Below are positions 8,619 to 17,145 of a DNA stretch of 64,000 bases, in pieces. Source of the DNA: Myxococcales bacterium (GTDB taxonomy: Bacteria; Myxococcota; Myxococcia; Myxococcales; JAKAPL01); assembly GCA_021783235.1 (NCBI GenBank), contig JAJXUD010000013.1, positions 6,182 to 70,181 on the forward strand. Reading direction: 5' to 3'. Under the pieces are notes generated by a model. The model did not search any database, was not told the origin of the DNA, and worked only from the letters and a program-made list of their open reading frames with translations. Within the stretch, counting starts at the first letter, position 1. Each line of letters starts with the position of its first letter. A program made the translations under genes and the position numbers.

Positions 8619-9821
8619 ATGCAACGGCTCATCGCACTCTTGCCCATCGCCGCCCTGGCCTGCGGGAGCACCACGACGCCGGTCGCGAGCAAGTACGTCG
8701 TCTCGCAGCTCGTCTCGGCCCAGAGCGGCGGCACGCTCGCCGTGACGCAGGCGGACGACCCGATGCTCGCCGGAACCACGCTCTCGGTCCCGCCGGGCGC
8801 GCTCGCGAAGGACACGACGCTCACCATCGCCGAGGGCGGCGCGGTGACGCCGAGCGGCGACCAGGAGGCCGGACCGGTGGCCGACTTCGGGCCGAGCGGC
8901 ACGACGTTCCTGAAGGCGGTGACGATCACCCTGCCCTATCAGCTCCCCTCGGGCGCGACGATCGATCAGCTCGCGGTCGAGGGAGTCGAGGCGGACGGCA
9001 GCCAGCTGGCCGTGGCCCATTCGGCGCTCGCCATCGACTCGTCGATGCAGACGCTCTCGTTCGAGGCGAACGGCTTCACCCGCTTCGGAGCCATCGCGCT
9101 GCCGCCCGCTTGCCCGGCCCACGAGATCCTCTGCAACGGGAGCTGCATCCCCGCGGGGCTCGCCTGCGCGGCGGACGGCGGGGTCGGCGGCGGCACCATC
9201 GACGGCGGGACCGGCTGCGTCACCTGCCCCCAAGGCCAGTTCTGGTGCGGCTGCACGAGCGCGGGTGGCTCGTGCATGGCGGACAACCAGGCCTGCCCCT
9301 TGGCCTGCCCGCAAGGACAAGGCTCGGTGCCCGCCTGCACGCCCTGCCCGCCGGGCGACGTCCTCTGCAACGGCCAGTGCGAGCCCGACACGCTCGCCTG
9401 CCCGGCGCCGCTCGACGGCGGGACGAGCGGCGGCGACGCGGGTTCGCCCGGCCCGATCGACGGCGGCACGGGCTGCAGCTCCTGCCCCAGCGGCGAGTAC
9501 TGGTGCGGCTGCTCGACGACGAGCGGCTCGTGCGTCTCGACGACCCAGGCCTGCCCGCTGATGTGCCCGGTGGGCGCCGCGACCTGCGCGCCGACCTGCG
9601 GCTTCGGCGAGGTCGTCTGCAACGGCCAGTGCGTCCCCTCGGGCCAGCCATGCAGCGTCGGCTCGAACGACGGCGGAATCGGCGCCGGCACGTCCGACGC
9701 GGGAAGCTGCGTGGTCTGCCCCACGGGCTACACCTGGTGCGGCTGCGACGCGTCGAACGGCCAGTGCCTGCCGAGCTCGCAGCAGTGCCTGCTCATGTGC
9801 GCCTCGCCGCCGCCCTGCTGA
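8619..9821 (+). CDS. lipoprotein with three tandem cysteine-rich modules
   Basis: From ORF 8577..9821(+), with the start moved to ATG 8619. This gives MQRLIALLPIAALA-C (lipobox). The N-terminal beta domain reads TTLSVPPGALAKDTTLTIAEGG. Three Cys-rich repeats follow. Confidence 0.7.
   Translation: MQRLIALLPIAALACGSTTTPVASKYVVSQLVSAQSGGTLAVTQADDPMLAGTTLSVPPGALAKDTTLTIAEGGAVTPSGDQEAGPVADFGPSGTTFLKAVTITLPYQLPSGATIDQLAVEGVEADGSQLAVAHSALAIDSSMQTLSFEANGFTRFGAIALPPACPAHEILCNGSCIPAGLACAADGGVGGGTIDGGTGCVTCPQGQFWCGCTSAGGSCMADNQACPLACPQGQGSVPACTPCPPGDVLCNGQCEPDTLACPAPLDGGTSGGDAGSPGPIDGGTGCSSCPSGEYWCGCSTTSGSCVSTTQACPLMCPVGAATCAPTCGFGEVVCNGQCVPSGQPCSVGSNDGGIGAGTSDAGSCVVCPTGYTWCGCDASNGQCLPSSQQCLLMCASPPPC
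9111..9818 (+). repeat. three protein-level tandem repeats (about 75-80 aa each) of a Cys-rich module
   Basis: All three copies share a common pattern. It is C-P/x-x-x-[ED]-[IV]-[LV]-CNG-x-C-x-P, then DGG, then G-x-C-x-x-CP-x-G-x-[FYW]-WCGC, then G-x-C, then Q-x-C-[PL]-L-x-C. Examples: EILCNGSC...FWCGCTSAGGSC...QACPLAC; DVLCNGQC...YWCGCSTTSGSC...QACPLMC; EVVCNGQC...TWCGCDASNGQC...QQCLLMC. Confidence 0.7.
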
Positions 9822-9832
9822 GCAGCCGCCCG

Positions 9833-9863
9833 GGCCCGCCTCCGCCAGCCGCGGGGGCGGGCC
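9833..9863. terminator. GC-rich hairpin between convergent genes (candidate bidirectional terminator)
   Basis: GGCCCGCCTCCGC-cagcc-GCGGGGGCGGGCC forms a 13 bp stem with one U:G pair and a 5 nt loop. It lies between the stops at 9821(+) and 9873(-). There is no U-tract. Confidence 0.45.
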
Positions 9864-9872
9864 TTCGCGTCT

Positions 9873-10826
9873 CTACGCGTACAGCTCGTCCAGATGCGGC
9901 AGATGCAGCGGGCCGTGGATCGCGTCGCGGAAGGCGGGGCGGACGCGCGCGAGGGTGTGCGCCGCTCCCTCGGGGGGAAGGCCGTTCGTGCGGGCCACGC
10001 GGAAGCGGTGGCGCATGTCGGTCGCGAGCCGCAGGTTGCGCAGCCCGGTGGGGTCGGCGCCGACGCCGGGCGCCTCGGGCCCGAGCTGGAGCACGCCGAC
10101 GATCTGGGCGACGGCGAGATCCCGCATCTCGGCGACCTCCTCCTCGTGCAACGGCAGATCGTCGTGCTCGCGCGCGATGACCGCGCTCATCTTCTGCCAG
10201 CGCTGCAGCCGCGCCGTGAGCAGGAGGCCGCCGAACATCCTCCGGCTCAGGCCGAAGGGGAGGACCGAGCTGCCCTCGATCGCGCCTCGCAGGAAGACGT
10301 CGTGCCGCCGGACGACGCGCCGGCTGACGCGCCGCGCGATGCGCCAGAGATCGGGGGAGAGCTTCTGGTCGTAGCGCAGCTCCCAGTAGGCGTGGCCGCG
10401 CCGCCGCCAGGCGTAGGACTGCACGGTCTTGTAGGGGACGTAGTAGTTGTGCGCGATGGTGTCGGCGGCGAGGTGGGCGAGGAAGCCCCAGGCGAAGGCG
10501 CGCTCGGGCTCGTCGCGCGCCTGGCCGAGCAGCTGGAAGCCGACCTGCCAGTTGTGACAGTGGACGACGTAGCGCGAGAGGTTCTTGCCGACGATCATGT
10601 CGGCTGCCAGCGTCCCGTAAAGGTACTCGTTCGTCAGCTCCGAGAGGAGCGCGTTCAGCCCCGCGGGCAGAAGCGCCGGGTTCGCGAGCGCGCCGCCGGC
10701 GAACTCGAGGTGCGCGAGCGGCCCCCAGGCGTAGGCGTGGGCCGGCCAGAGCACGACGAGGGCGAGCGCCGCGCCGGCGGCGGCGAGGGCCAGGGCGCGA
10801 GCGAGCGTCTGCAGCCGCCTCTCCAT
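9873..10826 (-). CDS. zinc-dependent phospholipase C-like family protein (exported)
   Basis: From ORF 9873..10841(-), with the start moved to ATG 10826, which is preceded by GGGAGG. A signal peptide is followed by AYAWGPLAH (the W/H zinc-ligand N-terminus typical of the PLC zinc family). The block FLAHLAADTIAHNYY is also present. Confidence 0.65.
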   Translation of the reverse strand: MERRLQTLARALALAAAGAALALVVLWPAHAYAWGPLAHLEFAGGALANPALLPAGLNALLSELTNEYLYGTLAADMIVGKNLSRYVVHCHNWQVGFQLLGQARDEPERAFAWGFLAHLAADTIAHNYYVPYKTVQSYAWRRRGHAYWELRYDQKLSPDLWRIARRVSRRVVRRHDVFLRGAIEGSSVLPFGLSRRMFGGLLLTARLQRWQKMSAVIAREHDDLPLHEEEVAEMRDLAVAQIVGVLQLGPEAPGVGADPTGLRNLRLATDMRHRFRVARTNGLPPEGAAHTLARVRPAFRDAIHGPLHLPHLDELYA

Positions 10827-10878
10827 GTGAGCGCCTCCCAAAGATAGGGTATAAGGGGTCCGCGCTTCCTTTCAAGCC

Positions 10879-11760
10879 ATGCCCCCCCTCGATTCAGACG
10901 GGCCAGACGGGCCGACGGCCCTCCGGCAGATCGCCCGCGACCTCCGCGGCCACCTCGACTGGCTCGCGGACGAGGGGGTTCGGGAGATTCCGATGAGCCG
11001 GAGAGAGACGAGCTCGGCGCTCCCCCACCACAGCCCTCCCCCACCTCGCGCCAAAGAGGGCGCTCCGTCCGCCGCACCAGCTCGCGGAGCGGGTCGCCCG
11101 GCTGCTCCCGCGCCACGCGGCGGGGAGAGCCGACCGCGGCCCGCAGCGGCGGCGCCACTCGCCCGCGCCCCCGCGGAGCCCAAGGGTCTCGGCGCCGCGC
11201 TCTCGCTCCCCCAACTTCGCGACGAGATCGGCGACTGCAAGCGCTGCAAGCTGCACGAGGCGCGGACGAACATCGTCTTTGGGGTCGGCAACCCGAACGC
11301 CGAGATCTGCTTCGTCGGCGAGGGACCCGGCGCGGACGAGGACCGGCTCGGCGAGCCGTTCGTGGGCGCGGCGGGCAAGCTGCTCGACAAGATGATCGCC
11401 GCCATGGGGCTCTCGCGCGCCGACGTCTACATCTGCAACGTCGTCAAGTGCCGGCCGCCGGGCAACCGGACGCCCGAGGACGATGAAATCGAGCAGTGCC
11501 TCCCGTTCCTGCGGGGCCAGCTCCGCGCGCTGCGCCCCGCGGCGCTCGTCACGCTCGGCAAGGTCGCGACGCAGGCGCTGCTCGACGACAAGACGCCCAT
11601 CTCGCGGCTGCGCGGCCGCTGGAGGGAATTCGAGGGCGTCCCGCTGATGCCCACCTTCCACCCCGCCTACCTCCTCCGCAGCCCCGGCGAGAAGGCGAAG
11701 GCGTGGGAGGATCTGAAGGCCGTTCTCTCCCAGCTCGGCCGCGAGCCGAAGGCGAGGTAG
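10879..11760 (+). CDS. uracil-DNA glycosylase, family 4, with ~100 aa Pro/Ala-rich N-terminal extension
   Basis: ORF 10879..11760(+). Family-4 UDG blocks are [62 protein letters not shown] and [10 protein letters not shown]. Confidence 0.85.
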   Translation: MPPLDSDGPDGPTALRQIARDLRGHLDWLADEGVREIPMSRRETSSALPHHSPPPPRAKEGAPSAAPARGAGRPAAPAPRGGESRPRPAAAAPLARAPAEPKGLGAALSLPQLRDEIGDCKRCKLHEARTNIVFGVGNPNAEICFVGEGPGADEDRLGEPFVGAAGKLLDKMIAAMGLSRADVYICNVVKCRPPGNRTPEDDEIEQCLPFLRGQLRALRPAALVTLGKVATQALLDDKTPISRLRGRWREFEGVPLMPTFHPAYLLRSPGEKAKAWEDLKAVLSQLGREPKAR

Positions 11761-11763
11761 ACC

Positions 11764-12780
11764 ATGGCGCCCGACCCCTACGGCCTCGGCCGCGTGCTGG
11801 GCGAGCCGGGCGTCCTGCCGCAGCGGGCGAGACGGCTCGATCCCTCGCTCCCCGTGCGGGAGGACGAACTCTGCATCGACGTCGATCGGCTCAACGTCGA
11901 CGCGGCGAGCTTCAAGCAGCTGCGCGAGGAGGCGGGCGGCGACGCCGAGCGGCTCGGGCGGCGCATCGCGGAGATCGTCCGCGAGCGGGGCAAGCTGCAG
12001 AACCCCGTCACCGGCTCGGGCGGCATGCTGCTCGGCCGGGTGCGCGAGGTGGGAGCGAGCCATCCGGCGCGGGGACGGCTCGCGGCCGGCGATCGGATCG
12101 CGACTCTGGTGTCGCTCACCCTGACGCCGCTCGAGCTGCGGGCCGTGCGGCGGGTGGACCTCGCCGCCGACCGGGTGGACGTCGAGGGGCATGCCCTCCT
12201 CTTCTCGACCGGGCTCTGGGCGAAGCTGCCGGAGGACCTGCCCGAGCCACTCGCCCTCGCCGCCCTGGACGTCTGCGGGGCCCCGGCGCTGACGGCGCGC
12301 CACGTTCGGCCGGGAGACCGGGTGCTCGTCGTCGGCGCCGGCAAGAGCGGGGCGCTCTGTTGCGCGCAGGCCCGCCGCTCGGGCGCCCGCGACGTCGTCG
12401 CGGCGGACATCAGCGCCGAGGCCTGCCGGCGGCTCGAGTCGCTCGGCTACGCCCGCGGCGTCCCGGTCGACGCCACGCGCGCTCTCGAGGCGCGCGAGGC
12501 GCTCGTCGGCGGGCACGAGGGCTTCGACCTCGTCGTCAACGTCGCGAGCGTCCCCGGCACCGAGATGGCGTCGCTGCTCTGCGTCCGGGACGGCGGCACC
12601 GTGATCTTCTTCTCGATGGCGACGAGCTTCACCCAGGCGGCGCTCGGAGCCGAGGGGATTGGCAAGGACGCGACCCTGCTCGTCGGCAACGGCTACGCCT
12701 TCGGCCACGCCGAGCTGACGCTCGACCTGCTCCGCAAGGAGCCACCGCTGCGGCGGCTCCTCGAGGAGCGCTTCCGCTAG
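11764..12780 (+). CDS. kdd: L-erythro-3,5-diaminohexanoate dehydrogenase (Kdd family)
   Basis: ORF 11764..12780(+), 338 aa, starting 3 nt after the UDG stop. Recalled Kdd hallmarks are VLPQ-A-RLD, IDVDRLNVDAASFKQL and ERGKLQNPVTGSGGMLLG, plus the Rossmann motif VVGAGKSG. Confidence 0.75.
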   Translation: MAPDPYGLGRVLGEPGVLPQRARRLDPSLPVREDELCIDVDRLNVDAASFKQLREEAGGDAERLGRRIAEIVRERGKLQNPVTGSGGMLLGRVREVGASHPARGRLAAGDRIATLVSLTLTPLELRAVRRVDLAADRVDVEGHALLFSTGLWAKLPEDLPEPLALAALDVCGAPALTARHVRPGDRVLVVGAGKSGALCCAQARRSGARDVVAADISAEACRRLESLGYARGVPVDATRALEAREALVGGHEGFDLVVNVASVPGTEMASLLCVRDGGTVIFFSMATSFTQAALGAEGIGKDATLLVGNGYAFGHAELTLDLLRKEPPLRRLLEERFR

Positions 12781-12781
12781 A

Positions 12782-12946
12782 CTAGACCCGCGCCCGTCCG
12801 AACGAGCCCGCCAAGCTGATGAGAAGGCTCACGACGGCGAGCCCGAGGAGCAGCCAGACCCAGGCGGCCATCGCGTGGTAGCCCACGATCCCGATGAGCC
12901 AGGCGACGAAGAGCACGACCGTGACGACCCACAAGAAGTACGGCAT
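12782..12946 (-). CDS. small two-TM membrane protein (lmo0937-like family)
   Basis: From ORF 12782..12976(-), with the start moved to ATG 12946, which is preceded by GGGAGGG. The product is 54 aa: MPYFLWVVTVVLFVAWLIGIVGYHAMAAWVWLLLGLAVVSLLISL. Confidence 0.55.
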   Translation of the reverse strand: MPYFLWVVTVVLFVAWLIGIVGYHAMAAWVWLLLGLAVVSLLISLAGSFGRARV

Positions 12947-13042
12947 GCCCCACCCTCCCGGGCGCGCCGCGCCCATGACGACCCGTAAGGAACAGTAGGG
13001 CCGGTGCGGGCAAGAGGGGAGCGCGGGCGGGAGCAGCGGCTG

Positions 13043-15043
13043 CTAGGCGGCCTCGCGCGCTGGCCGGTGGTGGCTCGCCTGCTCGCGCACCCGGACCGGC
13101 AGGACCACCATCGGCAGCCCGGCGAACTGGACCCGCTTCTGGATGGCGTGGGCCGTCTCGTTGTGCAGGATCCGGTGGTACCAGCGCTCCTGCTCGAAGA
13201 TGAGCTTTCCGCCGAAGATGACGGTGTGGGGGAACTCCTTCGCGACCGCCTGGCAGAGGTTGCTCGTCTCGTCGACCGCCTCGGTGCCGATGGCCGACCG
13301 GCAGGCCGCGGCGAGTCCGAGCCGGTGGGCGAGGTCGACGTAGCGGTCGAGCTCGCGCTCGGTCCGCTCCCTCAACCGGTCGATCTCCTCGGCACCCTTG
13401 AAGCTCGCCGAGTCGATGACCCCGACCGAGACGAAGACGTAGTTCTGGAAGTAGCCCGGGAAGAGCCGCTGCACGTTGAGCAGCGAGTGGATGCCGAGGC
13501 CGCCGTAGCCCGAGACGAGGAGGAGCGCCGTGGGCTTGCGGGGATCGATGGCCTTCGGCTCGCCGTGGCTCGTCGTCGGTAGCTCGCTCAGGACCTCGTT
13601 GAGCCGCTGGAGCTGCTGCAGCACGCTCCGGTAGTGGAAGCGGATGAGGAAACAGAGCGCGATGACGAGCGTCGTGATGGCGAGGGTCAGCCAGCCGCCC
13701 TGCGTGAACTTCTCGGAGAGCGTGATGAGGAGGATCGAGGCGCACATCACGAGGCCGGTCAGGTGGACCGGCAGGTGCTGCCGCCACTCGGGGTGGGTCT
13801 TCCGGTTGCGGATCCAGAAGCGGACCATCCCGAGCTCGGAGAGCGAGAAGGTGATGAAGACGTTGATCGAATACATGACCACGAGGGCGTCGACGGAGCC
13901 CCGCGTCACGAGCAACAGCCCGAGCGAGGAGAGCCCCATCAGCAGGACGCCGTTCTTCATGGTCAGCCGATCCGAGAGCGCCGCGAAGCGGTGGGGGAAC
14001 CAGGAGTCGGTCGCCATGTTGGCCATGACGCGGGGACCGTCGATGAAGCCCGTCTGCGCGGCGACGAAGAGCAGCGCCCCCTCGCTGACGAGCGTCAGCA
14101 CGACGAACCAGGCGCCGAGGCGCCAGCTCCCGAGGTGGAGCTTGCCGGCGATGGCGTCGAGCGCGACGGCGTTCATCGTCTTGCCCTCGATCGGCCGGAT
14201 GCCGGTCAGCATGTAGACGAGGATGATGCCGCCGGCGGTCACCGCCAGCGAGATGGCCATGTAGACCATCGTCCGCTTGGCCGTCTGCACCCGCGGCTCG
14301 CGCATGATCTGGATGCCGTTCGAGACGGCCTCGATGCCGGTGTACGTGCCGCCGCCCATCGAGTACGCCTTGATGAAGACGAGGAAGAGCCCCCAGAGGC
14401 CGACGGTCCGCAGCCCCTGGGCGGTGCCCACCCGCACCTCGTGGACGACCGCTCCCACCTCGCCGGCGCGCGAGACGAGACCGGCCACGATGAAGATGGC
14501 GTGGGTGATGAGAAAGAGGACGAAGATCGGCATCAGGGCCGTCACCGACTCGCGCACCCCCCGCAGGTTCAGGACGATGAGCAAGAAGATGACCACCACG
14601 TCGACGGTGAGCTTGAGGTGGAGCCAGGACGCTGGCAGGAAGCTGAAAACGGCGTCCCCGCCGCTGGCGACCGAGGTGGTGATCGTGAGCATGTAATCGA
14701 CGAGGAGCGCGCTGCCACTGACGACGCCCGCCCGGTGGCCGAGCAGCTTGCTCGCGACGACGTAGCCGCCCCCGCCGCTCGGGAAGTGCTCGATGATCCG
14801 GCTGTAGGCGTACGAGATGACGAAGACCGTCACCGCGGTGGCGAGCGCGAGCCAGACGGCGAGGTAGGTGTGCTCGCCCAGGGTCCGGTAGGCCTCGTCC
14901 GGGCCGTAGGACGACGACGAGAGGCCGTCGGCGCCGAGCCCGATCCAGGCGAGGAAGGCGACGAGCGAGATCTGGTGGAAGAGGCTAGGGTCCCTCAGAT
15001 CGCGCGGCTTGCCGAAGAGAAAACGCCTCAGGCGCTCGAACAT
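13043..15043 (-). CDS. APC-superfamily permease with ~200 aa cytoplasmic C-terminal domain
   Basis: From ORF 13043..15091(-), with the start moved to ATG 15043 (MFERLRRFLFGKP). It has about 12 hydrophobic helices. An N-terminal APC-like block reads SSSSYGPDEA...GGGGYVVASKLLG. The tail is soluble. Confidence 0.8.
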   Translation of the reverse strand: MFERLRRFLFGKPRDLRDPSLFHQISLVAFLAWIGLGADGLSSSSYGPDEAYRTLGEHTYLAVWLALATAVTVFVISYAYSRIIEHFPSGGGGYVVASKLLGHRAGVVSGSALLVDYMLTITTSVASGGDAVFSFLPASWLHLKLTVDVVVIFLLIVLNLRGVRESVTALMPIFVLFLITHAIFIVAGLVSRAGEVGAVVHEVRVGTAQGLRTVGLWGLFLVFIKAYSMGGGTYTGIEAVSNGIQIMREPRVQTAKRTMVYMAISLAVTAGGIILVYMLTGIRPIEGKTMNAVALDAIAGKLHLGSWRLGAWFVVLTLVSEGALLFVAAQTGFIDGPRVMANMATDSWFPHRFAALSDRLTMKNGVLLMGLSSLGLLLVTRGSVDALVVMYSINVFITFSLSELGMVRFWIRNRKTHPEWRQHLPVHLTGLVMCASILLITLSEKFTQGGWLTLAITTLVIALCFLIRFHYRSVLQQLQRLNEVLSELPTTSHGEPKAIDPRKPTALLLVSGYGGLGIHSLLNVQRLFPGYFQNYVFVSVGVIDSASFKGAEEIDRLRERTERELDRYVDLAHRLGLAAACRSAIGTEAVDETSNLCQAVAKEFPHTVIFGGKLIFEQERWYHRILHNETAHAIQKRVQFAGLPMVVLPVRVREQASHHRPAREAA

Positions 15044-15172
15044 CCCAGCGTCGTACTCGGAGGACGTTCGGGGGTCAACGTCATTGCACATCGCGCCCGC
15101 GGCGCTTCGGGGCTCGCGGGCCCCGCCTGAAAGCTGCTAGAGAAATGAGTCGGACGGGGAGAGGGAGCGCGC

Positions 15173-15514
15173 ATGCCAGACGACGATAGGGAGCGGACCT
15201 ACCGCGAGATGACCGCCCAGGTCCCCGAGAGCCCCCTGCCCTGGTTCTCCCTCGGCCGCTACTACCTCGAGGAGGGGCGCTTCGCGGACGCCGCCGACGC
15301 CTTGGGCCGCTGCGTCGAGCTCCAGCCGGACTACGCCGCGGCGCTCCTCTCGCTGGGCGACGCGCAGGCCGGCGCCGGCCGGCCCGCCGAGGCGCGCTCC
15401 GCCTTCGAGCGCTGCCAGCGGGCGGCGCTCTCGCAGAACCATCCCTCGCTCGCCGACGAGGCGGCGCAGCGCGTCCGCGACCTCCGGAAGGCCGCGCCCC
15501 AGGGCGGCGGCTAG
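15173..15514 (+). CDS. small TPR-repeat protein
   Basis: ORF 15173..15514(+), 113 aa, with a GGGGAGAGGGAG RBS and high GC3. The TPR signature is WFSLGRYYLEEGRFADAADALGRCVELQPDYAAALLSLGDA. Confidence 0.6.
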   Translation: MPDDDRERTYREMTAQVPESPLPWFSLGRYYLEEGRFADAADALGRCVELQPDYAAALLSLGDAQAGAGRPAEARSAFERCQRAALSQNHPSLADEAAQRVRDLRKAAPQGGG

Positions 15515-17079
15515 AAGCGCGCCTGGAGCACGGCGTTGAAGCCGAGCTGGAACGGATTCTCGAAGATCGGCTCGGCGAGACCGGCGACGCTGCTGTAGAA
15601 GGTCGTCGCGTTGTTGTCGATCTTGAAATAGAGTTCGCCGACTGCGGCGAAGGCGTCGCTGATGTCCCAGCGGAAGGTCCCCTTCGTCGAGAAGACCGGC
15701 GTGACGCCGCGGTTCGGCGGCAGCACCGACTGGATGCCCTGATCGTAGATGACGACGGTGTGCCGTCCCGAGAGGCCGAGCGGCGGGGCGTTGCCGCCAA
15801 GGTTCGTCAGGCTCGAGGTGAAGGACGACGGATCCTCGACGCCGATGATGATGCCCGGGGTCAGGTGCGAGGCCGCAAAGCTGTGATCGGCGCCAGCGGC
15901 GACGAAGAGCTCCGGGGTGACGACCGCGTCCGCCGGGTAGACGTGGTAGGGGATGAAGCCGGGCTGGTCGAGCTCGATGAACGACAGGTCGCGCTCCTCG
16001 CCGAGGATGAAGTAGCGGTTCCGGTTCTTCTTCGCCTTGAACCAGAAGGCGCCGGACCGGGCCGGGTAGGTCGAGGTCGTCCCGGTGAGGTCGGGGTTCG
16101 CGAGCGCCTGCCGCGCGTAGGTCCCTTCGAGCGAGACCGAGTACGACAGGCCGCCCGGGTAGGCCTCGGGGCCGAAGAACCGCTCGTAGATGAGCGGGTC
16201 GTTCCGGTAGAGCGCGAAGTCGATGGAGGTGCCGACCGGGACGCCCTCGTGCCAGACGATGCGGCCCGAGGCGCCGGCGACCCAGACCGGCGCGTCCAAC
16301 ACGTCGCTCGAGGGGTTGCCGCCCTGGGAGAAGTAGGCGCCGTTCGCCTCGATGCGCAGCTTCGGCGTAATGTCGTAGCCGCCGCCGCCGAGGACGCCGT
16401 AGTTGACGACCGGCTGATTGATGAGCGGATCGAGCAGCTCGGTTCCCTTGGTTCCGATCCAGGCGTACCAGGTCTCGCGCGTGATCTCGAGCTTGCCGCC
16501 CGGCGACGGGATCGAAGGGAGCAAGGGACCGAGGACCGGCGGACCGCCCTGCGGGAAGATCGCGTCACCGCCCCAGGAGATCCGGTAGCTGAAGCCGAGC
16601 CGCATGCGGTCGGAGGAGGTCGGGAAGACGGTGAAGCCAATCCCCTCCTTCTTCGAGTTCCAGCCGAGCGGCGTGTAGTGGAGCCGGATGTAGCTCGACT
16701 GGTCCTGGATGTTCACGAGCGGGCCGTAGTCGAGGAGCGTCAGGACGAGCGCCGCCTCGGCGTCGAGGCCGTCGAAGTAGGTCGGCGTCTCCTTGTAGAG
16801 CACGAGGTTCGACATGTTCTCGAACCCGGTGTACTTGGTGTCGAAGTTGTCGTAGAATTGCAGGTTCTGATAAGTAGGGAAGCCGACGTGCGGGCCCGGG
16901 ATCGAGGGCGCGGTCTCGCCGGGCTTCACGAGCACGTTCTCGTCCGAGAAGAGGAAGGTGAGGCGCGTGTCGACGAAGTCGCTCGCGCGCGCGCGCCCAC
17001 TCGCGAAGAACGACCCCACCACCGCGACGCCGAGCGCCGCTGCGGACAGGGAACTACCCAACACTCCATGCCTTCTCAC
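15511..17079 (-). CDS. putative outer-membrane beta-barrel protein
   Basis: ORF 15511..17079(-), 522 aa. It has a signal peptide (AVVGSFFASGRARA). Amphipathic beta-strand texture is rich in G/Y/F/T, and the C-terminus reads LQARF. It is the last gene of a three-gene operon. Confidence 0.65.
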   Translation of the reverse strand: MRRHGVLGSSLSAAALGVAVVGSFFASGRARASDFVDTRLTFLFSDENVLVKPGETAPSIPGPHVGFPTYQNLQFYDNFDTKYTGFENMSNLVLYKETPTYFDGLDAEAALVLTLLDYGPLVNIQDQSSYIRLHYTPLGWNSKKEGIGFTVFPTSSDRMRLGFSYRISWGGDAIFPQGGPPVLGPLLPSIPSPGGKLEITRETWYAWIGTKGTELLDPLINQPVVNYGVLGGGGYDITPKLRIEANGAYFSQGGNPSSDVLDAPVWVAGASGRIVWHEGVPVGTSIDFALYRNDPLIYERFFGPEAYPGGLSYSVSLEGTYARQALANPDLTGTTSTYPARSGAFWFKAKKNRNRYFILGEERDLSFIELDQPGFIPYHVYPADAVVTPELFVAAGADHSFAASHLTPGIIIGVEDPSSFTSSLTNLGGNAPPLGLSGRHTVVIYDQGIQSVLPPNRGVTPVFSTKGTFRWDISDAFAAVGELYFKIDNNATTFYSSVAGLAEPIFENPFQLGFNAVLQARF

Positions 17080-17145
17080 GCTGCCCTCCTCGCGCCACGG
17101 CTTTTCGCCGACGGCGCTCCGTGTTCGCTGCTCAGGATCCCCGCG

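Noticed and set aside
15044-15172. Possible ydaO/kimA-type c-di-AMP riboswitch upstream of the APC permease.
   Set aside because: The 129-nt leader has simple GC hairpins only. I could not find the conserved ACGGGGA / GGUGAAUC-type blocks I recall for that class. The permease is also not confidently a KimA orthologue.
15511-15514. Convergent genes sharing a palindromic CTAG, so that both stop codons (TAG on each strand) overlap.
   Set aside because: This is real but trivial. It is a by-product of compact gene packing with no evident regulatory meaning.
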